Assembly (NCBI GenBank): GCA_046726135.1
Contig: JBKOZY010000466.1
Location: 1 to 30,282 of the forward strand
Length of the DNA stretch: 30,282 nucleotides
From: Pseudomonadota bacterium
GTDB lineage: Bacteria; Pseudomonadota; Alphaproteobacteria; Rhizobiales; Aestuariivirgaceae
Direction of reading: 5' to 3'
Under the pieces are notes generated by a model that saw only the letters and a program-made list of their open reading frames with translations, was not told where the DNA came from and ran no database searches. This document shows, one piece after another, positions 1-8,162 of this stretch. Numbering within the stretch: position 1 is the stretch's first letter; each line of letters opens with the position of its first letter. The position numbers and the translations under genes were made by a program.

Positions 1-104
1 ATGCACCCCAGCAGAAAACACCCCGATGACTGAACCGCCTGTACCGGCACCGAACCGAGAGCGACGGCCACCGCCAGCGCGCCCGCGAAGATACCCCTTC
101 TCAT
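1..104 (-). CDS. 5' end of a probable secreted protein (runs off the left edge; not in the ORF track)
   Basis: ATG at 104 preceded by GGGGGAGGGATC (SD). Reads MRRGIFAGALAVAVALGSVPVQA-VQSSGCFLLGC..., a basic n-region, hydrophobic h-region and VQA cleavage-like site, with no stop before the edge. Confidence 0.65.
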   Translation of the reverse strand, partial: MRRGIFAGALAVAVALGSVPVQAVQSSGCFLLGC

Positions 105-299
105 GATCCCTCCCCCGATCTGATGCGACGAATCCGCTCCAAGGCGCCCGGCCCGCCTTCCGCCGGAAGACTGCCAAAGCCGCAGGTCAGCATCAATGAC
201 CGGCGCGCCACAGGCGCCAGTCTCAAAGGCAGGTGTGGCAGATCAGCAACGCAAATGGGCGGCTGAGCCACCCCTGGAGCAGCGATCAGCCGCCCCGCC

Positions 300-1214
300 C
301 TACTCTTGAGAGCCTGCTCTAGCGCCCTCGACGATCTCCTCGATGAAGGCCGGGAGCGCGAAGGCCGCCTTGTGAACCGCCGGCGTGTAATAGCGCGTCG
401 CGAGGCCCGCGCCGGCAAAGCGCGCCTCGAGACCATCGAGCGGCACCGCGCGATTGGCCGGGTCGTCGCTGCCCCAGCCGAGCGCCATGAAGCCGCCGAC
501 ATAGTTCGGGACCACCGCGAGATAGCAGCCGGCATCGTCGAACAGCCGCGCGAAACTGCCGACCGTGCTCGCAAGCTCGGCGGGCTGCAGGAACGGCACG
601 CCATTCTGGGTGACGAGGATGCCGCGCGGCTTCAGGAGGCGCTTGCAGTCGCCATAGAACGGCCGGGTGAACAGCACCTCGCCAGGACCGACCGGATCGG
701 TGGAATCGACGATGATCACGTCGAATGCCGCGCCGGCGTTGGCCGCATAGTCCTTGCCGTCGCTGATGACCAGCTTAAGCCGCGGATCATCGAAGCAGCC
801 GCGATTGAGATCGGCGAGATGGGTCCGCGCGAAGTCGATCACCGAGGCGTCGATCTCGACCATGACCAGCCGCTTGACACTTCCGTGCTTCAGCACCTCC
901 TCGGCGAGCCCGCCATCGCCGCCGCCGATGATCAGCACATCCTCGGCAGCGCCATGGGCGAGGAGCGGCACATGCGCCATCATCTCGTGATAGACGAATT
1001 CATCCCCCATGGTGACCTGGGTCGCCCCGTCCAGCGCGACCAGCCGGCCGAGGCGGTCGGTGTCGACAACGATCAGCCGCTGATGCGGGGTGGCGGAGTC
1101 GAAGAGCACCTGCGAGACCCGGTACTCGGTGGCGAGCCCGTCCTTCTCATGCAGGGTCTCGCGATACCAGACCGAGCCGTCGGGCCGTCGCACCAGGCTC
1201 TCCTTGCCGCTCAC
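300..1214 (-). CDS. speE: Polyamine aminopropyltransferase (spermidine synthase), ~304 aa
   Basis: Motifs LDGATQVT..DEFVYHEM, IIGGGDGG and DVIIVDSTDPVGPG. The likely GTG start at 1214 overlaps the speD stop (GTGA). The longer ORF to 1556 is a shadow over speD. Confidence 0.93.
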   Translation of the reverse strand: MSGKESLVRRPDGSVWYRETLHEKDGLATEYRVSQVLFDSATPHQRLIVVDTDRLGRLVALDGATQVTMGDEFVYHEMMAHVPLLAHGAAEDVLIIGGGDGGLAEEVLKHGSVKRLVMVEIDASVIDFARTHLADLNRGCFDDPRLKLVISDGKDYAANAGAAFDVIIVDSTDPVGPGEVLFTRPFYGDCKRLLKPRGILVTQNGVPFLQPAELASTVGSFARLFDDAGCYLAVVPNYVGGFMALGWGSDDPANRAVPLDGLEARFAGAGLATRYYTPAVHKAAFALPAFIEEIVEGARAGSQE

Positions 1215-1702
1215 CGGAACGCGCCCTCGCCACGCAGATGCTCGGTCACCCGGATCTCCTTGGGGCGAAAGGCGCGCTTCAGCACCTTGACGCAAAGCTC
1301 CGGGCGGGCGTCGCCGCACATGAAGATGTCGAGGGCGGCGTAGCCGCGCTCCGGCCAGGTGTGGATCGAGATATGACTCTCGGCCAGCACCGCCACCCCC
1401 GACACGCCGGAGTTCGGCGTGAAGTGATGCAGATGGATATGGAGGAGCGTCGCCCCGGCGGTGTCGACGCATTCCCGCAAGGTGCGATCGATCAGCTCGA
1501 TGTCGTCGAGGCGATCGGCACCGATCAGGTCGATGATGAGATGGGTTCCGGCGCATTCGACGCCGTTCTTGACGACGAAATGATCGAGCCCGTCCGCCGC
1601 GCCATGCGGCAGCTCGTCACCCGAATAGACATAGTCGGCAGAGAACGCAGCCGATCGCTTCAGGGCTCTGCCTTCATCAAAGAGCACGGAATCATCGGAC
1701 AT
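1211..1702 (-). CDS. speD: S-adenosylmethionine decarboxylase proenzyme (short class 1B type), 163 aa
   Basis: GVSGVAVLAESHISIHTWPE pyruvoyl self-cleavage motif and ALDIFMCG. ATG at 1702 follows GGGAAGG. Coupled to speE. Confidence 0.92.
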   Translation of the reverse strand: MSDDSVLFDEGRALKRSAAFSADYVYSGDELPHGAADGLDHFVVKNGVECAGTHLIIDLIGADRLDDIELIDRTLRECVDTAGATLLHIHLHHFTPNSGVSGVAVLAESHISIHTWPERGYAALDIFMCGDARPELCVKVLKRAFRPKEIRVTEHLRGEGAFR

Positions 1703-1766
1703 GTTCAAGGGACCTTCCCGCAAGCACAACCCTCGCCCGACCACTACGGGCAATCACCTCAGACGC

Positions 1767-1920
1767 AAAAAAACCGGCCCATGTGCCACTCGGCTTGTCA
1801 CCTCCGGAACGGGGTTTCCGGAACCGCTCTCCCGCCCACCGCGATCGAACCGCGATTGTGGAGAAGGCCACCAGCCCTTGCGCTGGCAATGACAAGCCGG
1901 TTGCTCACGAAGCCGGCTTG
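1767..1920 (-). promoter_or_regulatory. Candidate structured cis-regulatory 5' leader RNA of speD-speE
   Basis: Perfect 10-bp inverted repeat (1791-1800 / 1890-1899) enclosing three hairpins, a competing 8-bp inverted repeat (1893-1900 / 1913-1920) and a U7 tract at 1773-1767. Confidence 0.5.
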
Positions 1921-1930
1921 CGTTGGCGGC

Positions 1931-1959
1931 ATTTAGGGGCGATCCCCCAAACAATCAAG
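1931..1959 (-). promoter_or_regulatory. Sigma70-type promoter for speD-speE
   Basis: CTTGAT-N17-CTAAAT, 5/6 and 5/6 matches to the rhizobial CTTGAC-N17-CTATAT consensus. Confidence 0.6.
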
Positions 1960-1992
1960 GGCTTTTTTGCCGTCTGCGCGGGCCGCCCCGCA

Positions 1993-2017
1993 GGAACATT
2001 CCGCGGCATCGGAAGTT
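1993..2017 (+). promoter_or_regulatory. Putative sigma-EcfG/RpoE2 (general stress) promoter for the glycoside hydrolase
   Basis: GGAAC-N16-AGTT (equivalent to GGAAC-N18-TT), 27 nt before the ATG at 2045. Confidence 0.5.
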
Positions 2018-2044
2018 CATCGAAACTCACGCGAGCGAGGAACG

Positions 2045-3520
2045 ATGCTCGACCGTCCAAGGGCGTCCGCCACCGGTGCAAGGCCGAGCGGTCCGCGCCT
2101 CGCCTGGATCGAGGTGGCGCCCGATGCGCCCTATTTCGTCACCGGCGACGGGCGCGACTGGACGCCGATCGGCCAGAATGACGCGGTGAGCTGGGAAGGA
2201 CTTTCGGGCCTTTATCGCCGGCGCGATCGCGTGGCGGCGCGCCGCTATCTCGAACGCCTTGCCGATCACGGCGTCACCACGCTCAGGCTGATGCTCGAAT
2301 ATGCCGAGGTTCCGGATTTCCTGCTCGAGGACCCGATCGGGCGGTTTCGCCCCGAGATGGTGCAATTGTGGGATGATCTGTTCGCGCTGCTCGAGGAGCT
2401 TGGCCTCAGGGTCCTGCTGACCCCGTTTGATACTTTCTGGACCTGGCTCAAATTCGCCGAGCATCCTTACAGCCGGGCGCGCGGCGGTCCGCTCGATCGT
2501 CCCTCGCGCGCACTGCTCTGCGCCGCGACCATGAACGCCATCAAGGCGCGGCTCGCCTTCGCCACCAGGCGCTGGGGCGCGAGCGGTGCTCTCTTCGCTT
2601 GGGACCTGTGGAACGAGATCCACCCCGGCCAGGCCGAGGAGAGTGCTGAGCCATTCCCTGTCTTCATCCAGGAGCTGAGCGATCATCTGCGCCGGCTCGA
2701 GCGCTCCATCCATGGCCGCGCCCATCTTCAGACGGTGTCGCTGTTCGGACCGGAGATGAAATGGCGTCCACACATCCCCTTTGCCGACACCATCCTTCGC
2801 CATCCCGCGCTCGATTTCGCCAATCTCCACATCTATGAGGAAGGCACCATCGATGATCCCGCGAACACCGTCGACCCGGCGGTGGCGATGGGTCGGCTGG
2901 TCGCGGAGCATATCGGCGAGACACCGAAGGGCCGGCCGTTCTTCGACTCCGAGCACGGACCCATCCACAGCTTCAAGGACAAGAAGATCACGCTGCCCGA
3001 GCCGTTCGACGACGACTATCACCGCCATGTTCAATGGGCCCATCTCGCGGCTGGCGGCGCGGGCGGCGGCATGCGCTGGCCCAACCGGCATCCCCACCGC
3101 CTGACGCCGGGAATGTTGGCCGCCCAGCACGCAATGACGAAGTTTCTGCCGCTCATCGCCTGGCAGCGTTTCGACCGGCGCAATGTCAGCGCCGCCGTCA
3201 CCTGCCGCGATGCTCGAGGCCGTATCGTCGAAGAGAAGGTGGTCGCGCGCTTTGCTGCTGCAAGCACGGACCAGGCGATCGCTTATTTGCTGCGCCGCGA
3301 CATCATCGGCGGCGACGGCCGGCTTCAACGCGGCGCGCCGCCGCTGTCACTTGCGATCACTGTTCCAGAGCTTGCGCCCGGCCGCTATCGCGCCACGCTG
3401 TTCGACACCGAGCGCGGTGCGATCCTCGAGTCGGCCGAGGTGGTTTCCGAACGCGAATGCGGCGCAATCCTGTCGGTGGCGGTTGGCACCGACCTCGCCA
3501 TTGCCTTCACGAGGAAGTGA
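2045..3520 (+). CDS. Clan GH-A (GH5-like) glycoside hydrolase, ~491 aa, no evident signal peptide
   Basis: AWDLWNEIHP (acid/base N-E motif), ANLHIY and FFDSEHGP (nucleophile-like Glu). SD GAGG at 2037-2040 before ATG 2045. Confidence 0.7.
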   Translation: MLDRPRASATGARPSGPRLAWIEVAPDAPYFVTGDGRDWTPIGQNDAVSWEGLSGLYRRRDRVAARRYLERLADHGVTTLRLMLEYAEVPDFLLEDPIGRFRPEMVQLWDDLFALLEELGLRVLLTPFDTFWTWLKFAEHPYSRARGGPLDRPSRALLCAATMNAIKARLAFATRRWGASGALFAWDLWNEIHPGQAEESAEPFPVFIQELSDHLRRLERSIHGRAHLQTVSLFGPEMKWRPHIPFADTILRHPALDFANLHIYEEGTIDDPANTVDPAVAMGRLVAEHIGETPKGRPFFDSEHGPIHSFKDKKITLPEPFDDDYHRHVQWAHLAAGGAGGGMRWPNRHPHRLTPGMLAAQHAMTKFLPLIAWQRFDRRNVSAAVTCRDARGRIVEEKVVARFAAASTDQAIAYLLRRDIIGGDGRLQRGAPPLSLAITVPELAPGRYRATLFDTERGAILESAEVVSERECGAILSVAVGTDLAIAFTRK

Positions 3521-3526
3521 ACGGGC

Positions 3527-3736
3527 TTAGTCGCGGAGCTCGCGCGAAATATCGGCGTGGAGGGCCTGCAGGCGCTCCATCACGAAGCTTCCCACCTCGC
3601 CCGAATACATCATGCCCTCCAGCTCGACCTTGAGCTGCGTCAGCTTCTCGCGATGGGCCGACAGCGCCCAATCACCGGCCTCGCTCCAGCTCCAATCGGC
3701 ATTTTTCGCTGCAGGGCCAAGGGTGTACTCAAGCAT
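3527..3736 (-). CDS. Small hypothetical protein, 69 aa
   Basis: GGGAGA SD 5 nt before the ATG, fills the gap between two genes, and has an upstream promoter-like sequence. Confidence 0.6.
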   Translation of the reverse strand: MLEYTLGPAAKNADWSWSEAGDWALSAHREKLTQLKVELEGMMYSGEVGSFVMERLQALHADISRELRD

Positions 3737-3810
3737 GCAGATCTCCCTGTGCTGCGGGCGCTTAAGATGTTTTACCCGCGTTTTTCTGAACGTCGCCCGA
3801 AATCATGGGC

Positions 3811-3839
3811 ATTATACGGCAGGACGGTTGACGTTTGAA
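3811..3839 (-). promoter_or_regulatory. Sigma70-type promoter for the 69-aa ORF
   Basis: TTCAAA (3839-3834)-N17-TATAAT (3816-3811), with a perfect -10 hexamer in high-GC DNA. Confidence 0.55.
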
Positions 3840-3872
3840 CGACATCGCGTCGCACCGGTTAGCAAAGTTCTT

Positions 3873-6176
3873 CTAGATCCTGCCACCCAGACGGGCGCGG
3901 TCCTGAGCCTCGACGGCGGCGAGCGCCGTCATGTTGATGACGCTCCTGGTGGTGGCGGCGGGCACCAGAACATGCGCCGGCAGGGCGGCGCCCACCAGGA
4001 TCGGCCCGACCGGCGTGCCGTCGGCAAGCTCCATCACCAGCTGATAGGCGAGGTTCGCCGCATCGGAGTTCGGCATGATGAAAGTGTTGGCCTCGCCGCG
4101 CAGCAGCGAATGCGGATTGAGCCGGTCGCGGAGCTCTTGATTGAGCGCGGTGTTGCCGTGCATCTCGCCATCGACCTCGAAATCGGTGCCCTGCTTGTAG
4201 AGGATCGCCGTCGCCTCCCGCATCTTGGCGGCACTCTCCGACTGGGCCGAGCCGAAGCTTGAATTGGCGAGCAGCGCCACTTTGGGATCGACGCCGAAGC
4301 GCCGCACCAGAGCGGCGACGCGGCGGGACAGATTGGCAATCCCCTCGGCATCGCGGTCGCGGTTGCCCTAGGTGTCGGCGAAGAAATAGAAGCCGCGATT
4401 GACGATGGCGATCGACACGGTGGCGAACTCGGCGAGATCGCCGGCATAGCCGATGATGTCGCGGATGTGCTCGAGATGGCGGTAGAAGCGCCCTTCGAGC
4501 CCGCAGATCATCGCATCGGCATCGCCGCGCCGCACCGCCACCGCGGCGATCACCGTGAAGTTGGTGCGCATCAGCGTCCGCGCCGCATCCGGCGGCACGC
4601 CCTTGCGCCCGGCACAGGCGACCAGCGTCTCGACGTAGCTCGGATAGCGGGGGTCATCGGCGGGGTTCACCAGCTCGAAGTCGCGGCCCGGTCGGATCGC
4701 CAGGCCGAACCGCTCGAGGCGGCTCTCGATGACGTCCGGCCGACCGATCAGGATGGGGATGGCGAAGCTGTCCTGAATGGCGGCGGCGGCTGCCCGCATC
4801 GCCCGCTCGTCCTCGCCCTCGGCGAAGATGATCCGCTTAAGATGGCTGCGAGCGCGCGAGAACACCGGCCGCATGACGAAGCCCGAGCGGAAGACGAAGC
4901 GGCTGAGCCTTTCGTGATAGCTGTCGAAATTGACGATCGGCCGGCGCGCCACGCCGCTGTCGATGGCCGCCTTGGCGTCGGCGGGAGCGATATAGAGGAT
5001 GAGGCGCTGGTCGAATGGCGCGGGAATGAGCGAGTCCGGCCCGAACAGCCGCGTCTCGCCGCCATAGGCCGCCGACACCAGCTCCGAGGAGGACTCATGC
5101 GCCAGCGCCGCGATCGCCTTGACCGCCGCAAGCTTCATCGCCTCGTTGATGGTGGTGGCGCCGACATCGAGCGCGCCGCGGAAGATATAGGGAAAGCACA
5201 GGACGTTGTTGACCTGGTTCGGATAGTCGGATCGGCCGGTGCAGATCATCGCATCGGGCCGCGCCGCCCGTGCCAGGTCAGGCATGATCTCCGGCACCGG
5301 ATTGGCGAGCGCCAGGATCAGCGGCTTCGCCGCCATGCTTTGGAGCATCTCGGGTCTCAGAACGCCGCCGGCCGAGAGGCCGAGGAACACATCGGCACCG
5401 ACGATGCATTCGGCGAGCGTCCGCGCCTCGGTCGGCTGGGCATAGACCGCCTTCCAGCGGTCCATCAGCTGCTCGCGGCCCTGATAGACCACGCCCTCGA
5501 TGTCGGTCACCCAGATGTTCTCGCGCCGCATGCCGAGCGCCACCAGGAGATTGAGGCAGGCGAGCGCCGCCGCCCCTGCCCCGCTGGTCACTAGCTTGAC
5601 CTCGCCGATGTCCTTGCCGGCCAGCTCGAGCGCATTGAGAACCGCCGCGCCGACGATGATCGCGGTCCCATGCTGGTCGTCATGGAACACCGGGATCTTC
5701 ATCCGCCGCTTGAGGTTCTCCTCGATCTCGAAGCACTCCGGCGCCTTGATGTCTTCGAGATTGATGCCGCCGAAGGTCGGCTCGAGTGCTGCCACCACGT
5801 CGCAGAACAGCGCCGGGTCGCGGGCGTCGACCTCGATGTCGAAGACATCGATGCGGGCGAATTTCTTGAACAGCACCGCCTTGCCTTCCATCACCGGCTT
5901 GGCCGCCAGCGGCCCGATCGCGCCGAGGCCCAGCACCGCCGTGCCATTGGTGATGACGGCGACGAGATTGCCCCGCACCGTCAGTCGCTCGGCTTCATCG
6001 GGATCTTCCGAGATCGCCTCGCAGGCCGCGGCGACGCCCGGCGAATAGGCGAGCGCCAGGTCGCGCTGGTTGGACAGCGGCTTGGTGGCACGGATCTCGA
6101 GCTTCCCCGGTCGCGGCTCCAGGTGATAAAGGAGCGCGTTCTCGCGCAGCTCGTCGATGATTGTCCGCGGCGCCAT
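3873..6176 (-). pseudogene. maeB: NADP-dependent malic enzyme with fused PTA-like domain, interrupted by one in-frame TAG at 4368-4370
   Basis: [29 protein letters not shown] and TGRSDYPNQVNN motifs. ORFs 4368..6176 and 3873..4307 are in the same frame and read FADT*GNRDRDAEGIA...VRRFGVDPKVALL, where homologs read ADTYVN...VRRFG. Full length would be 767 codons. Confidence 0.8.
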
Positions 6177-7957
6177 CAGCGGGATTCGGGAAGATTGAGC
6201 CGGATATGCAGCTCGCGCAGCTGGCGGCTCGACACCTCGCTCGGCGCCCCCATCAGCAGGTCCTCGGCCTGCTGGTTCATCGGGAAGAGCGTCACCTCCC
6301 GAAGATTGGTCTCGTCGCACAGCATCATCACGATGCGGTCGATGCCGGGAGCGATGCCGCCATGCGGCGGCGCACCGTAATGCAGCGCCCGGTACATGCC
6401 GCCGAACTTCTCGAGCAGCACCTGCTCGGGATAGCCGGCGATCTCGAAAGCCCGCCGCATCACATCGGGGCGATGGTTGCGAATTGCCCCAGACGACAGC
6501 TCGATGCCGTTGCAGACGATGTCGTATTGGAAGGCCAGGATGTCGAGCGGATCCATGGTGTCGAGGGCCTCGAGACCACCCTGTGGCATGGAGAACGGGT
6601 TGTGGGAGAAGTCGATCTTCTTCTCCTCCTCGTTCCACTCATACATCGGAAAGTCGACGATCCAGCAGAATTCGAAGCGGTTCTGATTGACGAGGTCGAG
6701 CTCGCGGGCGACGCGGTTGCGCGCGTCGCCCGCGAATTTGTAGAACTTCTCCGGCCGGCCGGCGACGAAGAACGCCGCATCGCCGACTCTGAGGCCGAGC
6801 TGGCGGCGGATCGCCTCGCTGCGCTCCGTCCCGATATTGCGGGCGATCGGACCGGCACCGCTCTCCTCGCCCTCGCGCCAGAAGACGTAGCCGAGCCCCG
6901 GCTGGCCCTGGGATTGCGCCCAACCGTTCATCCGGTCGCAGAAGGCGCGGCTGCCGCCCTTGGGCGCCGGGATGGCCCACACCTCGACCTTGGGATCTTC
7001 GGCAATCATGGAGGCGAAGACCCTGAAGCCCGAGCCGGTGAAATGCGCCGTCACTTCCTGGAGCTCGAGCGGGTTGCGCATGTCCGGCTTGTCGGAGCCA
7101 TATTTGCGGATGGCCTGGCGATAGGGGATGCGCGGAAACTTGGCGGTGACCGGCTTGCCGTCGGCGAATTCCTCGAAGACGCCGCGCAGCACCGGCTCGA
7201 CCGCGTCGAAGACGTCGTCCTGGTTGACGAAGCTCATCTCGATATCGAGCTGGTAGAACTCGCCCGGCGACCGGTCGGCGCGGGCATCCTCGTCGCGAAA
7301 GCACGGCGCGATCTGGAAATAACGGTCGAAGCCCGAGATCATGATGAGCTGCTTGAACTGCTGCGGTGCCTGCGGCAGGGCGTAGAACTTTCCCGGATGC
7401 AGCCGGCTCGGCACCAGGAAGTCGCGGGCGCCCTCCGGGCTCGAGGCGGTGAGAATCGGGGTCTGGAACTCGAAGAACCCCTGGGCCCGCATGCGCCGCC
7501 TGAGGCTGTCGATGATCTCGCCGCGCCGGATGATGTTGCGATGGAGGCGCTCGCGGCGCAGGTCGAGAAAACGGTAGCGCAGGCGGATGTCTTCGGGATA
7601 TTCCTGGTCGCCGAACACCGGCAGCGGCAACTCGCCGGCTTCCGACAGCACGGATATTTGAGCCGCGAAGATCTCGACCTGGCCGGTCGGGAGGTCGGGA
7701 TTGTCGGTGCCCTCAGGCCGGGGCCGGCACTTGCCGGCGACCTGGATCACCCATTCCGAGCGCAGCCCTTCGGCAATGGCGAAGGCCGGCGAATCGGGGT
7801 CCACCACGATCTGGGTTATGCCGTAATGGTCTCTCAGATCGATGAATTTCAGGCCGCCATGGTCGCGCACCCGGTGGACCCAGCCGGATAGGCGAACGTC
7901 CGTTCCAGCATCGCTCGGCCTCAGCGCACCGCAAGTGTGTGTTCGGTAGCCGCTCAT
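6176..7957 (-). CDS. aspS: Aspartate--tRNA ligase, probably non-discriminating Asp/Asn type, 593 aa
   Basis: [43 protein letters not shown] and [14 protein letters not shown] motifs. SD GAGGAG before ATG 7957. The stop overlaps the maeB start (TGATG). Confidence 0.96.
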   Translation of the reverse strand: MSGYRTHTCGALRPSDAGTDVRLSGWVHRVRDHGGLKFIDLRDHYGITQIVVDPDSPAFAIAEGLRSEWVIQVAGKCRPRPEGTDNPDLPTGQVEIFAAQISVLSEAGELPLPVFGDQEYPEDIRLRYRFLDLRRERLHRNIIRRGEIIDSLRRRMRAQGFFEFQTPILTASSPEGARDFLVPSRLHPGKFYALPQAPQQFKQLIMISGFDRYFQIAPCFRDEDARADRSPGEFYQLDIEMSFVNQDDVFDAVEPVLRGVFEEFADGKPVTAKFPRIPYRQAIRKYGSDKPDMRNPLELQEVTAHFTGSGFRVFASMIAEDPKVEVWAIPAPKGGSRAFCDRMNGWAQSQGQPGLGYVFWREGEESGAGPIARNIGTERSEAIRRQLGLRVGDAAFFVAGRPEKFYKFAGDARNRVARELDLVNQNRFEFCWIVDFPMYEWNEEEKKIDFSHNPFSMPQGGLEALDTMDPLDILAFQYDIVCNGIELSSGAIRNHRPDVMRRAFEIAGYPEQVLLEKFGGMYRALHYGAPPHGGIAPGIDRIVMMLCDETNLREVTLFPMNQQAEDLLMGAPSEVSSRQLRELHIRLNLPESR

Positions 7958-7998
7958 CGCTCCTCGTGCCTGCAATTCCGTGGTATTTGCGCGCGCGG

Positions 7999-8029
7999 TT
8001 AGAGCACATGGCTCCTGCGCTTTGTCAAG
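7999..8029 (-). promoter_or_regulatory. Possible sigma70 promoter for aspS
   Basis: Perfect (C)TTGACA at 8029-8023, followed at 17-18 nt by a weak GCTCTAAC -10 region. Confidence 0.4.
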
Positions 8030-8162
8030 AACGGCGGTAGGTGCACGGGGCCGGCCCGGCTTTGCCGTGGAAACCAAAGGCTTTTCCGGACCGCGTTCAA
8101 TTTCTTGCAATCTGCCTTGATTTTCGCGGCCGGCTCAGGCTTCCTGAGCCTGGGAACGATCA

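Noticed and set aside
1215-1556. N-terminal extensions of track ORFs (speE to 1556, maeB to 6638, aspS to 8110, pgsA-like to 14766, OmpA gene to 23363)
   Set aside because: The extensions overlap neighbouring genes or promoters. Internal starts with an SD or stop/start coupling fit family lengths better.
1703-1920. Assignment of the speD leader to SAM-I, SAM-alpha or the speF leader
   Set aside because: Only fragments resemble them (CUUGUC/GACAAG stem, a stray GCAACC, GGUGAUU). The conserved cores are not in the right order, and I cannot confirm a family without a covariance model search.
1798-1932. 44-aa upstream ORF ending PETPFRR in the speD leader (possible leader peptide)
   Set aside because: Its ATG overlaps the predicted -10 box (CTAAAT), so it would not be on the transcript. 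Worth revisiting only if the TSS maps further upstream.
3873-4307. Independent 144-aa gene
   Set aside because: It is the in-frame C-terminal part of maeB downstream of the internal TAG.
4368-4370. Pyrrolysine recoding of the TAG
   Set aside because: No pyl genes in the window, the position is a conserved Tyr, and TAG is used as a normal stop by several genes here.
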